DNA of 64,000 nucleotides from Nitrospirales bacterium (GTDB lineage Bacteria; Nitrospirota; Nitrospiria; Nitrospirales; UBA8639). Positions 1 through 10,493 of this stretch are shown here, piece after piece; position 1 is the stretch's first letter; every line of letters begins with the position of its first letter. A model generated the notes under the pieces. It was not told where the DNA came from. It made no database searches and saw nothing but the letters and a program-made list of their open reading frames with translations. The stretch lies in the NCBI GenBank assembly GCA_965223295.1, contig CBDCWC010000002.1, positions 544,001 through 608,000 on the forward strand, read 5' to 3'. The position numbers were made by a program, and so were the translations under genes.

Positions 1-1
1 A

Positions 2-400
2 AAAGAACAATTGCATGCTGTCTTGGAACGCGCCACAGAAGTTTGGGGTGGGAAAGGACATTGGCTGCAAATCAGTGGTTTTGCGTACAAACATGATCCG
101 CGAGCCCCCAAAGGTTCCCGTGTCGATGAGATTCGATTATTTCAACATGGAAAAATAAGTGAGTTGCCGGATCGACCGCTACAGGTGATTACGAGTAAAT
201 TTCTTATAGAAGGTGGTGATGGATATTCCATGTTGAAATCTTTGAAGTGGATTTCAGTGGAACGATCGCTTAAAGGCCTGCTTCTCACTACTCTTCGCAC
301 AAGTCCTCATGCGATACAACCCCGCCTAGATGGTCGAATTTGTAATGTGGCTGCAACACCAAATAGGCCTTGTGCCTACGACATAATTTCTCATAATTAA
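2..400 (+). CDS. 5'-nucleotidase family protein, C-terminal domain (5'-truncated by the window)
   Basis: The frame is open from the window edge. Motifs WLQISGFAY..D and ITSKFLIEGGDGY are typical of the 5'-nucleotidase C-terminal domain. Confidence 0.75.
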   Translation, partial: KEQLHAVLERATEVWGGKGHWLQISGFAYKHDPRAPKGSRVDEIRLFQHGKISELPDRPLQVITSKFLIEGGDGYSMLKSLKWISVERSLKGLLLTTLRTSPHAIQPRLDGRICNVAATPNRPCAYDIISHN

Positions 401-474
401 CAGTCGATATTTGGATATGCCGGCTTCCTTTGTGTTATAATAGTTATCTAATTTAATTAACTTAATGGTGTTTT

Positions 475-939
475 GTGCGGTTTTCCAAAAAAAGTGAATA
501 TGGCCTTCGAGCAATGATTGAGCTCACTCAGCAATATGGGCAGGGGATGGTGCAACGAAAAACCTTAGCTGATCGCCAAAGGATTCCGTTGGGTTTTCTA
601 GAAATGATTCTTTTATCGTTAAAAAATGCTGGACTGATAGGGAGCCGCCGTGGCTTGAATGGTGGAGTGTTTTTGATACGGTCTCCTCAGGAAATTACCT
701 TGGGACAAATTATTCGTACTCTAGATGGCCCCCTTGCGCCGATTGCGTGCGTAAGTCAAACCGCCTATCAAAAATGTTTAGACTGTCCACATGCAGAGAC
801 AGCCACTTGTCCCATTCAAGGAATCATGTTGGATGTGCGGAACGCCATTGCGTCTATTTTAGATCATTATTCGTTGGAAGATTTTGTAAAGACCCAAAAC
901 GGTTCTCGCTTAAAAGGCCTATCTAAAAAACAGAAATAG
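475..939 (+). CDS. Rrf2-family transcriptional regulator (CymR/IscR-like)
   Basis: SKKSEYGLRAMIEL, SRRGLNGG and ITLGQIIRTLDGPLAP motifs; Cys cluster C-x8-C-x2-C-x7-C. Confidence 0.92.
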   Translation: MRFSKKSEYGLRAMIELTQQYGQGMVQRKTLADRQRIPLGFLEMILLSLKNAGLIGSRRGLNGGVFLIRSPQEITLGQIIRTLDGPLAPIACVSQTAYQKCLDCPHAETATCPIQGIMLDVRNAIASILDHYSLEDFVKTQNGSRLKGLSKKQK

Positions 940-999
940 CATTTTTGAAATTCTAATTATTTTTATAGTGAAATATTTACATGAGGCAAGAGGGAAGAT

Positions 1000-1221
1000 A
1001 TGGATACGCATTTACGCAGTGTAGTCAAGGGGCTTAGCTGGCGAGTCATTGCAACTTTGGTGACTACAATCGTGGTTTTAGTGATTTCCGGGGAGGTCTC
1101 CATGGCCCTCTTTGCAGGCTTCAGTGATTCATTGATAAAGATTGGGTTATTTTGGGGGCATGAACGTCTCTGGCAGACCGTGGCGTGGGGGCGACAGATG
1201 CCGCCCACAAGTTCTCCATAA
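1000..1221 (+). CDS. DUF2061 small membrane protein
   Basis: RSVVKGLSWRVIAT...HERLWQTVAWG signature; purine-rich RBS upstream. Confidence 0.85.
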   Translation: MDTHLRSVVKGLSWRVIATLVTTIVVLVISGEVSMALFAGFSDSLIKIGLFWGHERLWQTVAWGRQMPPTSSP

Positions 1222-1251
1222 CGTAGGATATTGATACCTGAAGGGAATGCT

Positions 1252-1638
1252 ATGGCTAATCGAATTCTATGTATCGGGGCTATCTTGGCGGGAATCGGGG
1301 TGGCAGCCGGAGCCTTTGGAGCACATGGCCTGCGCCCGATTCTCTCGGAAAAAATGATGGCCGTGTTTGAAACAGGTGTGCGGTATCATTTGTTGCATGC
1401 TCTAGCGATGCTGATTGCCGGATTAAGCACACATTGGTTTAGCCATAGAAAATTTGTGAAAGCGGGCTGGAGTTTTTGTCTTGGCATCCTCATTTTTTCA
1501 GGCAGTCTATACACGTTAGCTCTCACTGATATTCGTATGCTGGGTATGCTCACACCTTTGGGTGGGCTGGCTTTCCTCATTGGCTGGGGGTTCATGGCAG
1601 GGGGATATTGGTCTAACTTGCATAGCTCCAAGTCCTGA
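1252..1638 (+). CDS. DUF423 (YgdD/TMEM256) membrane protein
   Basis: GAFGAHGL, FETGVRYHLLHAL, FSGSLY and TPLGG motifs; ATG at 1252 after GAAGGG. Confidence 0.9.
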   Translation: MANRILCIGAILAGIGVAAGAFGAHGLRPILSEKMMAVFETGVRYHLLHALAMLIAGLSTHWFSHRKFVKAGWSFCLGILIFSGSLYTLALTDIRMLGMLTPLGGLAFLIGWGFMAGGYWSNLHSSKS

Positions 1639-1755
1639 ATCTTTTTCTTGCTTTCTTGAATCCGCATCATCAAGCTTCTACTAATCCTGCTATTACATCG
1701 GTTTAAGCGTAGTTTTTCGCTGACCTACCTTCGGGGTTCAACATCATTTGGTCAA

Positions 1756-1945
1756 CGGACTGTTGAATGATGAAGATATCAACGACCAAATTTGATCTCT
1801 ACAATGTGACATGTTTGAAGCCTCGGGTTGTTCAAAAAGGTCCGTCCACTAAGGCTGCAGCCATTTTTGCGTGCGGAGCGTCCTGGTATTACGTGAGCAC
1901 GGGAAAATGGCGAGAACACTGCTGGCGGCTTTTTTCAACAGACCT
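1756..1945 (+). mobile_element. MITE-like element, family A, copy 1
   Basis: Ends GGACTGTTGAA...TTCAACAGACC; 190 bp; aligns with five other copies in the window. Confidence 0.85.
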
Positions 1946-1957
1946 TAAATGTATAGT

Positions 1958-2878
1958 TTAAGGTGTGGATTGAGAAAGAGATCCCGTGATGTGGAATGCT
2001 GGGCTGGCTTCGCCCATATAGAGAGTTCTGTGGGGAAAAGGGATTTCAATCTTTTCGCGATCAAAGGCCTTTTTCAGGCGCCGTCGATATTCTCGTCCTA
2101 CCGACCATTGTTCAATGGGGCGTGTCTTGATTCGAGCCTTGATCGTGACTTCTGATTCTCCGAATGCATCCACCCCGAGGATTTCAATGGGTTCAAGGAT
2201 TTTCTTGCGCCAGAGCTCATCCTGTTGTAATTCCGCTCCCACCGATCGCATGATGTCCGTGACATGGTCTGTATCTTCTTTGTATGCCACGCCAATATCC
2301 ATGACATAGGCTGACCAATTCTTGGTCATATTGGCTAATGTCGTCACGGTCCCATTTGGAAAAATATGGACGGTTCCGGATAAGTCACGCAAGGTAATGG
2401 TGCGAAAGCTAATGGCTTCGACTAGGCCGCCTGTGCTGTTGACAACGGCCACATCACCGACTCGGACTTGGTTTTCTAGGATCATAAAAAATCCGTTGAT
2501 GACGTCGCGTACCAAATTTTGTGCACCAAATCCTACGGCTAATCCGACGATACCCGCTCCTGCTAAAACCGGGGCGATGTCCAAGCCTAATTGATCCAAC
2601 CCCATGACCACTGCAATGACCCAGATCAAAGTAAGGCAAATCGTGCGGACTAAACCTATAAGCGTTTTAATTTGTTTTTCATTGGCAAGGCGTTCTTTGT
2701 CGTCATCTTCACGCCAGAGAAGCAAGAAGTGTTCGAGTTTATTGAGTCCAAAGCGAGCTGCCCTAATGGCCATATAGGCGACGATTCCAATCAACAGAAT
2801 TCTGAAGCTTGTTTCCATGATGACCATGGAATTTTTGGCGAGAAATGGCGAGAGTTGTTCGGTGAGAAATTGATCCAT
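1958..2878 (-). CDS. mscS: Small-conductance mechanosensitive channel (MscS/YbiO type)
   Basis: LAGAGIVGLAVGFGAQNLVRD, VGDVAV and IEIPFPHR motifs; AAGGAG RBS. Confidence 0.9.
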   Translation of the reverse strand: MDQFLTEQLSPFLAKNSMVIMETSFRILLIGIVAYMAIRAARFGLNKLEHFLLLWREDDDKERLANEKQIKTLIGLVRTICLTLIWVIAVVMGLDQLGLDIAPVLAGAGIVGLAVGFGAQNLVRDVINGFFMILENQVRVGDVAVVNSTGGLVEAISFRTITLRDLSGTVHIFPNGTVTTLANMTKNWSAYVMDIGVAYKEDTDHVTDIMRSVGAELQQDELWRKKILEPIEILGVDAFGESEVTIKARIKTRPIEQWSVGREYRRRLKKAFDREKIEIPFPHRTLYMGEASPAFHITGSLSQSTP

Positions 2879-3100
2879 CACACGTACTCCTTTTTCCTGT
2901 TTGTTATACAACTTTGAGGTTGCTTCATCTTGTCAAGACGCATTTCTTTGTTATTCTTACAAGTGTCAGGGCCAATGCCAAGTCGATCACTCTGATAAAC
3001 TGTTTCTCCCAGCGCTCAAAAAAGAATATCTCAGGCGGAGAGTTTCTTGATTCATTTTCATGAACGGAGACAAGACTCTACGGTTGGGACAAAATTTCTC

Positions 3101-3129
3101 TTGACACATTATCATTTCAATGGTAAAAA
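3101..3129 (+). promoter_or_regulatory. Putative sigma70 promoter of the porin-PII-amtB-glnA region
   Basis: Perfect TTGACA, 17-nt spacer, TG-extended but imperfect -10 (TAAAAA). Confidence 0.5.
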
Positions 3130-3150
3130 AATATTTACAATTGATGAGTT

Positions 3151-3238
3151 GAAACAACGACGTTTTAACTCTCAAACCAATAGAAGCCGGACGATGAAGT
3201 CCTCAACCAGCGAAAATCTGGGTGAGGGCTTTTTTTTT
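3151..3238 (+). promoter_or_regulatory. ANTAR-type dual-hairpin antitermination leader with overlapping intrinsic terminator
   Basis: P1 AAAC-AACGAC-GTTT (3152-3165); P2 GGAC-GATGAA-GTCC (3189-3202). P2 overlaps the 5' arm of terminator AAGTCCTCA...TGAGGGC followed by a T9 tract (3197-3238). Confidence 0.72.
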
Positions 3239-3278
3239 GCTGTTTCAATCTATCGTTGATACAAGTTTTTGACATTTA

Positions 3279-3468
3279 GGGACTGTTGAATAATTTAATT
3301 TCAAGATACGAAAACGCTTTCAGTGCAGTGGAGACTTCGATGCGACGGGAATGGTCAAAAAAGTCCGTCCAGCAAGGCCGCAGCCACTGTTGTGCGCGGA
3401 GGGTACTGGTCTTACGTGAGCACGAAACAATGGCGAGAACGCCGCTGGCGGCTTTTTTCAACATTCCC
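3279..3468 (+). mobile_element. MITE-like element, family A, copy 2
   Basis: GGGACTGTTGAA...TTCAACATTCCC; 190 bp; lies between the ANTAR-like leader and the porin gene. Confidence 0.85.
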
Positions 3469-3570
3469 TTTTAGAATGTGAGATTAGCAGGTCAGGAAAA
3501 AGGTATATGGCGCATGCCTCTACATTCAGATGGCAGCATGGACGTGGCTATCGTAACCAAGGAGAGATGA

Positions 3571-4713
3571 ATGAAGAATCATGGTATGAATCGAGCAACC
3601 AGTGACGGCATGATGCGGAAAATAAGTCATCTGGGCTTGTTCACTATGATGGCAGGAATGCTCGTTCTGGGGGCTGCGATGGTAGGCCAGGCTGCTTTAT
3701 TGACGAAAGAGGATTTTAATTTTTATGGGTATGTGGAAGCCTCCTACACGCATAATTTCAAAAATCCAAATTCACAGACGAATAATCTGCGTATCTTTGA
3801 TGTGGATGCCAATTCATTTCGGCCGCATCTGGCGCAATTGGTATTTGAAAAAGAAGCAAAGTCAGATGGTGAATTGATCGACCGTGCAGGTTTTCGCACG
3901 AAACTTAATTTTGGTAGAGATGCCCAACTGACTGGAGGTTCAGGGTCGGATGATGTGGATTTTCAGGAAGCTTATATTCAGTACATAGCCACGATCGGTA
4001 ATGGCTTGGATCTACGTATTGGCCGGATGAATACGTTAATTGGCTATGAAGTGATTGAAAGCCCATTGAATCCAAACTTTTCTCGGTCCTGGCTTTTCGG
4101 CCTGGGTGAACCTTTTACCACAACAGGCATTCGAGCTTCCTATCAGTTTACCGACATGGTCGCACTTTCCGTTGGTTTGGTGAATGCGTGGAATGGCGCC
4201 ACTTCAGATTTTAACCGTAGCAAATCGGTTGAAGCCCTACTCGGTCTGACGCCGATGGACTGGCTGAGTGTATCGCTCTTTGGGTTCTGGGGCCCAGAAG
4301 GCGCCGTGGGGGCAAAGAACTCTGATCTTGGTCAAGCAGGTGGGATTATCACAGCCCAGGTTTCAACGCAAACTTCTCTCGTTCTTGAAGGCTACTGGGC
4401 TGAACAGGAAAATGGAGTGGCGGGGAGAGATGCGCAATGGCATGGGATAGCGGGGTACGTGATCCATGATTTTGACGATCAATGGGGGATGCGGCTTCGT
4501 ACGGAATGGTTTAAGGATGCTGATGGGTTTCTCACTGGAAGGGATCAAAAACTTTGGGAGGGAACCATCACCGCTCAATATAAACCTGTTCCCTATTTAA
4601 TTACACGTTTAGAATTTCGTTATGACAAATCAAATCGCAAGTCTTTTCAATATGGAGCGCGTCGGGTCGATCATCAAGAAACGCTCGCCACTGAAGTGAT
4701 TTTTCTTTTTTAA
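3571..4713 (+). CDS. Outer-membrane beta-barrel porin (BBP2/DUF3138-like), nitrogen-locus associated
   Basis: Signal peptide; FYGYVEASY, QEAYI, IGYEVIESPLNPNFSRS and RLEFRYD motifs; C-terminal Phe. Exact start uncertain. Confidence 0.8.
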   Translation: MKNHGMNRATSDGMMRKISHLGLFTMMAGMLVLGAAMVGQAALLTKEDFNFYGYVEASYTHNFKNPNSQTNNLRIFDVDANSFRPHLAQLVFEKEAKSDGELIDRAGFRTKLNFGRDAQLTGGSGSDDVDFQEAYIQYIATIGNGLDLRIGRMNTLIGYEVIESPLNPNFSRSWLFGLGEPFTTTGIRASYQFTDMVALSVGLVNAWNGATSDFNRSKSVEALLGLTPMDWLSVSLFGFWGPEGAVGAKNSDLGQAGGIITAQVSTQTSLVLEGYWAEQENGVAGRDAQWHGIAGYVIHDFDDQWGMRLRTEWFKDADGFLTGRDQKLWEGTITAQYKPVPYLITRLEFRYDKSNRKSFQYGARRVDHQETLATEVIFLF

Positions 4714-4817
4714 GATCAGAGGAAAAGCGCACCTGAGGCTTTTTAATCAAATTTGAGGAGCATGAGGTTTTGAAATGACAGAGGATGTGGCGACTCAAGC
4801 TGCCCATGATTCTGTAA

Positions 4818-5225
<408 letters not shown>

Positions 5226-5279
5226 TGAGTATTATTTTTTCTATCTAATCGTCATATGTGATTGTTTGAAGGAGACAGT

Positions 5280-6584
5280 ATGAAGGTATCTCGCGTATTT
5301 CTACAGATAGGGTTGTTCCTAATATTAGTCCTGAGTATAGGGGAATCCTCTCTGGTGTTTGCAGAGGGAGTCGGATTAAAAATTGATACGGGTGATACGG
5401 CCTGGATTTTAATGTCTTCTGCATTGGTCTTATGCATGATGCTCCCTGGATTGGCGTTATTTTATGGAGGATTAGTTCGGAGTAAAAATGTGTTGGGAAC
5501 TATCATGCATACGGCAGTGATCTTATGTTTGATTACGCTAGTTTGGGTGATTTGTGGATATAGTCTCGCGTTTGGTCCTGATATCGGCGGCGTGATTGGA
5601 AGCTTAGCTTGGGTAGGGTTGCAAGGCGTTGGTATGGATCCCAGCCCAGATTATGCTTCAACGGTTCCTCATCAAGTATTCATGGTGTTTCAGCTCATGT
5701 TTGCAGCGATTACCGTTGCTCTTATGACAGGGAGCTTTGCTGAGCGCATGAATTTTAAAGCATTACTTATATTTTCAGTTGCATGGTCCGTGTTTATTTA
5801 TTCGCCATTAGCGCACTGGGTATGGGGTGGAGGTTGGTTACAACAAATGGGGGCTTTAGATTTTGCGGGAGGGGCGGTTGTACACATTAGTTCTGGGTTC
5901 GGTGCTTTGGTTGGTGCCCTGATGGTTGGTCCTCGCAAAGGATTTGGAAAAGAGCCGATGCCACCACATAATTTACCTATGACTGTATTGGGAACTGGTT
6001 TATTGTGGTTTGGATGGTTTGGATTTAATGGGGGGAGCGCCTTAGGTGCCAATGGCGGAGCCGGAGTGGCCTTTATTGCCACGCATATCGCAGCAGCGGC
6101 TGGTGGGTTAAGTTGGATGGCGGCTGAATGGGTGCATCGAGGCAAACCTACTGTTCTGGGAATCGCCAGTGGGATTATTGCTGGGTTGGCCACCATTACT
6201 CCAGGAGCCGGATTCGTCGGGCCCATGGCAGCGATCATCATTGGTCTTGTTGCTGGGACGATGTGTTATGTCGCGGTTGTCTGGAAAATGAAGTTAGGCT
6301 ATGACGACTCGTTGGACGTCGTGGGCATTCATGGGGTCGGCGGTCTAATAGGTATTCTGGCAACAGGGCTCTTTGCATCTGTAGGGGCAACAGGTCTGTT
6401 TTTTGGGAATGCGGACTTGTTCGGTATACAAGTCTTTCTGGCTTTGGTAACCTTAGCGTTTTCAGTTGTGGGTACCTATCTTATTCTCAAAATTGTTGAT
6501 CTGACAATTGGTCTTCGCATATCCCCGCAAGACGAAGAAATGGGCTTGGATTTGAGTCAACATAGCGAACGAGCCTATTCTTAA
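5280..6584 (+). CDS. amtB: Ammonium transporter
   Basis: GDTAWIL, PGLALFYGG, DFAGGAVVH, LWFGWFGFN and DDSLDVVGIHG (twin His); GAAGGAG RBS. Confidence 0.96.
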   Translation: MKVSRVFLQIGLFLILVLSIGESSLVFAEGVGLKIDTGDTAWILMSSALVLCMMLPGLALFYGGLVRSKNVLGTIMHTAVILCLITLVWVICGYSLAFGPDIGGVIGSLAWVGLQGVGMDPSPDYASTVPHQVFMVFQLMFAAITVALMTGSFAERMNFKALLIFSVAWSVFIYSPLAHWVWGGGWLQQMGALDFAGGAVVHISSGFGALVGALMVGPRKGFGKEPMPPHNLPMTVLGTGLLWFGWFGFNGGSALGANGGAGVAFIATHIAAAAGGLSWMAAEWVHRGKPTVLGIASGIIAGLATITPGAGFVGPMAAIIIGLVAGTMCYVAVVWKMKLGYDDSLDVVGIHGVGGLIGILATGLFASVGATGLFFGNADLFGIQVFLALVTLAFSVVGTYLILKIVDLTIGLRISPQDEEMGLDLSQHSERAYS

Positions 6585-6672
6585 TTGAAGAAATTGTAGT
6601 TGGGCTAAGCCACAGATATGAACAAGAGTTGAGTTTTTATAAATGACTATTTCAGACGAAGGAGGTATGTGA

Positions 6673-8082
6673 ATGACCCCGAAAGAAGTATTGGATTTTG
6701 CCAAAAAGAACAAGGTAGAAATGGTTGACCTGAAATTTATTGATTTGGTTGGAACATGGCAGCATTTTTCAATACCAACCTCAGAATTATCCTTGGACTT
6801 ATTTAAAGAAGGGTCCGGTTTTGATGGTTCATCAATTCGTGGATGGAAGGCGATTCAAAACAGCGACATGTTGATGGTGCCGGATCCAAATACCGCTCGT
6901 TTGGATCCCTTTACGGAGATTCCCACGCTCAGTATGGTTGGAAATGTTCAAGATCCCATCACCCGTACGATTTATGAACGCGATCCCCGCGGCGTGGCTA
7001 TGCGAGCCGAGCAATATCTTAAGAGCACCAAGATTGGTGATACTTCCTACTGGGGGCCTGAAGCTGAATTTTTTATTTTTGACCATGTGAGTTTTGAACA
7101 AAATAGCCATTCCGGTTATTACTTTGTGGATTCGGAAGAAGGTATTTGGAATTCAGGAAAGGATGGAGAAAATTTGGGGTCTCGACCTCGGCACAAGGAA
7201 GGGTATTTTCCTGTTTCCCCCGTGGATTCCCAGCAAGATATTCGTTCAGAAATGTGCCGAGAAATGGAAAAGGCGGGTATTCGAGTTGAAAAACATCATC
7301 ATGAAGTGGCCACGGCGGGTCAAGGGGAAATTGATCTCCGCTTCGATACGCTCCTCAAAATGGCGGATCAGATGATGATGTATAAATACATTGTCCGCAA
7401 TGTGGCTCGTCGTCATGGGAAAACAGCCACGTTTATGCCGAAACCCGTTTTCGGAGACAATGGCACAGGCATGCATACTCACCAAAGCATTTGGAAAGGA
7501 GGTAAGCCAAATTTTGCTGGAAAAGATTATGCCGGTGTGTCACAACAATGCTTGTATTACATTGGTGGGATTCTCAAGCATGGTCCAGCCTTAGCCGCGT
7601 TAACGAATCCAACAACAAATTCCTATAAACGGTTAGTGCCAGGGTTTGAAGCTCCCGTGATGCTGGCCTATTCCAGCCGTAACCGTTCAGCGGGGATTCG
7701 AATTCCGATGTACTCCCCAAGCCCCAAAGCCAAGCGGATCGAAGTGCGATTCCCCGATCCTTCTTGTAATATGTATTTGGCGTTTAGCGCGATGTTAATG
7801 GCAGGGTTGGATGGCATTCAAAATAAAATTCATCCGGGTGAAGCCATGGATAAGAATCTTTACGATTTAGAGCCTGAAGAATTAGGCAATATTCAAACCT
7901 TGCCGTCGAATTTAGAAGATGCTTTAGATAACCTTGCCAATGACTATGAATTTCTCTTGAAGGGTGGAGTCTTCAGTGAAGATTTAGTTGAGGCGTGGAT
8001 TACCTATAAACGAGACAATGAAGTGGATCCCATGCGTCTCCGTCCGCATCCCCATGAATTCTTCATGTATTACGACGTGTAA
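6673..8082 (+). CDS. glnA: Glutamine synthetase type I
   Basis: [42 protein letters not shown]; adenylylation motif DKNLYDL. Confidence 0.98.
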   Translation: MTPKEVLDFAKKNKVEMVDLKFIDLVGTWQHFSIPTSELSLDLFKEGSGFDGSSIRGWKAIQNSDMLMVPDPNTARLDPFTEIPTLSMVGNVQDPITRTIYERDPRGVAMRAEQYLKSTKIGDTSYWGPEAEFFIFDHVSFEQNSHSGYYFVDSEEGIWNSGKDGENLGSRPRHKEGYFPVSPVDSQQDIRSEMCREMEKAGIRVEKHHHEVATAGQGEIDLRFDTLLKMADQMMMYKYIVRNVARRHGKTATFMPKPVFGDNGTGMHTHQSIWKGGKPNFAGKDYAGVSQQCLYYIGGILKHGPALAALTNPTTNSYKRLVPGFEAPVMLAYSSRNRSAGIRIPMYSPSPKAKRIEVRFPDPSCNMYLAFSAMLMAGLDGIQNKIHPGEAMDKNLYDLEPEELGNIQTLPSNLEDALDNLANDYEFLLKGGVFSEDLVEAWITYKRDNEVDPMRLRPHPHEFFMYYDV

Positions 8083-8087
8083 ATTAC

Positions 8088-8172
8088 AGTAAAGAGTGAG
8101 GAGTAAGGGGGTTAGGAGAAATTCTGAGTTCCTTTCTCCTCCTCTGCTTCCTTTCTCCTCTTTATTTCTCAC
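8088..8172. repeat. Purine-rich/pyrimidine-rich imperfect hairpin built from ~7-nt units between convergent glnA and glnE half
   Basis: GTGAGGA GTAAGGG GGTTAGG... followed by TTTCTCCTCC...TTTCTCACT; may act as a terminator. Confidence 0.45.
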
Positions 8173-10424
8173 TGTTGACTTGAGAATCGCCAAAGAAACC
8201 GTTCATGAATCTGCTTCATTCGTGAATGCGTCGTTTTTTCAAACGCTTCCGCACTTTTTTGCCAGTCTCTTGACGTCATGCCCAAACGGCGAGCCAAGAA
8301 TACCATTTCATCAGATCCCGAAGGAGGCAGCACTAAGTCTTTGGCATGTCCCCGCACAATTCGCAAGCCATCAATGAGTTGCCGAAGAAAGATATAGTCA
8401 TCATGTAACGTTTCTCTCTCTGATAATGTGAGAATGGATTCGTGACAAAGTTGTTCAATGGCTTCTAGTGTATTGGGTGTTCGAATTGAAGGATGAGCAT
8501 GGCCATGTATCAGTTGGAGATATTGAACGGTATACTCCACATCGATGAGCCCGCCAGGGCTGTACTTGACATTCGTCGCACCAGGTTGAACTAATTCGGT
8601 TATTTGGCGTTGACGCAGATTGAGCGCAAGACCTAAATCCCACGGGTCTGGCCCATACACGAACTGATTTCTATGGGTTTCAACAGCTTTTCCGACGCGA
8701 GAGTTTCCAGCAATGAAACGAAGCTTGATGAAGGCTTGCCGTTCAAATGGGGCGGCCCCTCCCTGACTGCGATAATACTGTTGAATTTCTTCTACGGTGT
8801 TGGCCAATGTGCCTTTGTCACCATTCGGACGAAGCCGGGTATCGATATGAAAAATACCTTCCTGTTTGGCTTCGATCCATTGCAGAAATTCTTGTGCCCA
8901 TCGTTCAAAAGTATCGGCGGACATTCGAACAATGTTCCGTTTCTCAGTGCGTTGAGGATTGGCGTAGACAAATAAAATTTCAATATCTGACGCATACCCC
9001 AGTTCGCCTCCACCTAATTTCCCTAACCCAAAGATCGCCATGGGAATCGAAGAGGTCCGTGAGGCTTTAGGCTGAATCACTCGATATGATTGTTCGAGTG
9101 CATGATTCAGGATGACATCAGCCAAATTTGTTAAGGCCTGGGAAAAATCGTGAAGAGAACTATTTTCTAAAAGGTGCCGCATATCGATACGAAAAAGTTC
9201 TTCATCTTTCACTTGATTTAAACGCTGCTTTCTTTGCGCAATGGTTTTTGCCGGCAGCAAAGCTTTTTCGAGACTTTTGCTTAAAGTCGTTTTTGAGCGA
9301 ACCAACGATCCTTTTTGATACCGCTGCATCATAGGCAATAGGTTGTCATGCTGACGGCGTAGTAAGTCTTCCCACAGATAGTCGCTGCTTCCAAACAGTT
9401 GAGCCAGGTTTCCCATAGTGGATCCTTTACTCAAAATGGCAAGGGTAGCCCCCTTTTTCGGTTGCTCTAATAATTGATCGAGAAATTGATCAAAATGATC
9501 CAGAGCTTTTCCGGGGTCAGGAGCCCAACTTAAATAATGCGTGAATTCTTTTAATAAGACGGCAGCCGTTCGTAGTTCTTGTTGTTCCTGTTTACGTAAA
9601 ATTCTTCTTCCATGGCGGTCGTGAATGTAGAGACGATTCAAGACTTGTGTGCCTTTGACTTCAATTTTTGCTTTCACCAAGTAAATGCCTCGCATGGCCA
9701 AGGCATTTGCAAATGTATATAAAAAGGCAGGCGTATCAGTTGAGCGAATATCCAAAATAGTATTCGGAGAAGATGCACTGTTCGAAAAGGTAAGATGAAC
9801 GGGATGGAGTAAATCAACGGTTTTTCTTTTTCCTTTTTCCATATGTTCAATGAGTCGGCGGTTAACAGAACGACGAGCCTGGCGTACCTGATTCTTCTGT
9901 AACAAGAGGAGAAGAGAGACCAACATCTGTTGGAAGTCTTGTTGAACAGATCTCTCAAATGGAGAATCTTTTTTCGCTTGGACTTCAAAGACGTCGACTG
10001 CGATTTTCCGAGATAATCGTCCTGATGACCGTCGTACAGGGAGGGATTTCCAGGCCTGCAAGGTTTTTGATCTGTGAATGGGTACAGGTGGTGCGGCAGA
10101 GGTTGGAGTAGAGGTAAAAATGGCTGCCTCTCGTATGTCCAGCCCAAACGAGGCAAGTATGCCGCAGAGAGTGGCAAACTCAGAAAAATAATCGTAGGCG
10201 ACGATGTGAATATGATAGCGCCGCGATGGAAGTGTGTTGATGGTCAACGCACAAGTTTGTTCGAACGTGAGTTGATGGACCATGTTTGCATGTTGGCTTA
10301 TGACCTCAGAAGAAAATTGCTCTAAATAATCTTGGTCCATTTGCGTGATATAGTCTTGGAGAAAAGAGGAGGGTAAATGAGGAGACAGTTGTTCGAGGCG
10401 TTCAATGAGGACAGAGGAATTCAT
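8169..10424 (-). CDS. glnE: GlnE half-protein: two GlnD-like ACT domains plus adenylyltransferase (AT)-type nucleotidyltransferase domain
   Basis: ACT-like IVAYDYFSEFATLCGILASFGLDIREAAIFT and LDIRSTDTPAFLYTFANAL; NT motif GKLGGGELGYASDIE; IDTRLRP, FERQAF and KYSPGGLIDVEY. Confidence 0.85.
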   Translation of the reverse strand: MNSSVLIERLEQLSPHLPSSFLQDYITQMDQDYLEQFSSEVISQHANMVHQLTFEQTCALTINTLPSRRYHIHIVAYDYFSEFATLCGILASFGLDIREAAIFTSTPTSAAPPVPIHRSKTLQAWKSLPVRRSSGRLSRKIAVDVFEVQAKKDSPFERSVQQDFQQMLVSLLLLLQKNQVRQARRSVNRRLIEHMEKGKRKTVDLLHPVHLTFSNSASSPNTILDIRSTDTPAFLYTFANALAMRGIYLVKAKIEVKGTQVLNRLYIHDRHGRRILRKQEQQELRTAAVLLKEFTHYLSWAPDPGKALDHFDQFLDQLLEQPKKGATLAILSKGSTMGNLAQLFGSSDYLWEDLLRRQHDNLLPMMQRYQKGSLVRSKTTLSKSLEKALLPAKTIAQRKQRLNQVKDEELFRIDMRHLLENSSLHDFSQALTNLADVILNHALEQSYRVIQPKASRTSSIPMAIFGLGKLGGGELGYASDIEILFVYANPQRTEKRNIVRMSADTFERWAQEFLQWIEAKQEGIFHIDTRLRPNGDKGTLANTVEEIQQYYRSQGGAAPFERQAFIKLRFIAGNSRVGKAVETHRNQFVYGPDPWDLGLALNLRQRQITELVQPGATNVKYSPGGLIDVEYTVQYLQLIHGHAHPSIRTPNTLEAIEQLCHESILTLSERETLHDDYIFLRQLIDGLRIVRGHAKDLVLPPSGSDEMVFLARRLGMTSRDWQKSAEAFEKTTHSRMKQIHERFLWRFSSQQ

Positions 10425-10431
10425 GATGCGA

Positions 10432-10482
10432 AGTATACTGAAAAAAATTGTCGTTGTAAGGTCTAAAAGAGTCTCGTATAAT
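10432..10482. promoter_or_regulatory. Overlapping divergent sigma70-like promoters for the two glnE halves
   Basis: Plus strand: TTGTAA (10454)-17-TATAAT (10477). Minus strand: CTTACA-17-TATACT (10432-10437), 7 nt before ATG 10424. Confidence 0.55.
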
Positions 10483-10493
10483 CTGCTTTCTTC

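Noticed and set aside
3508-4803. Sigma54 promoters before the porin (TGGCGC at about 3508) and glnK (TGGCGA at about 4788)
   Set aside because: The GG-N10-GC spacing is not met.
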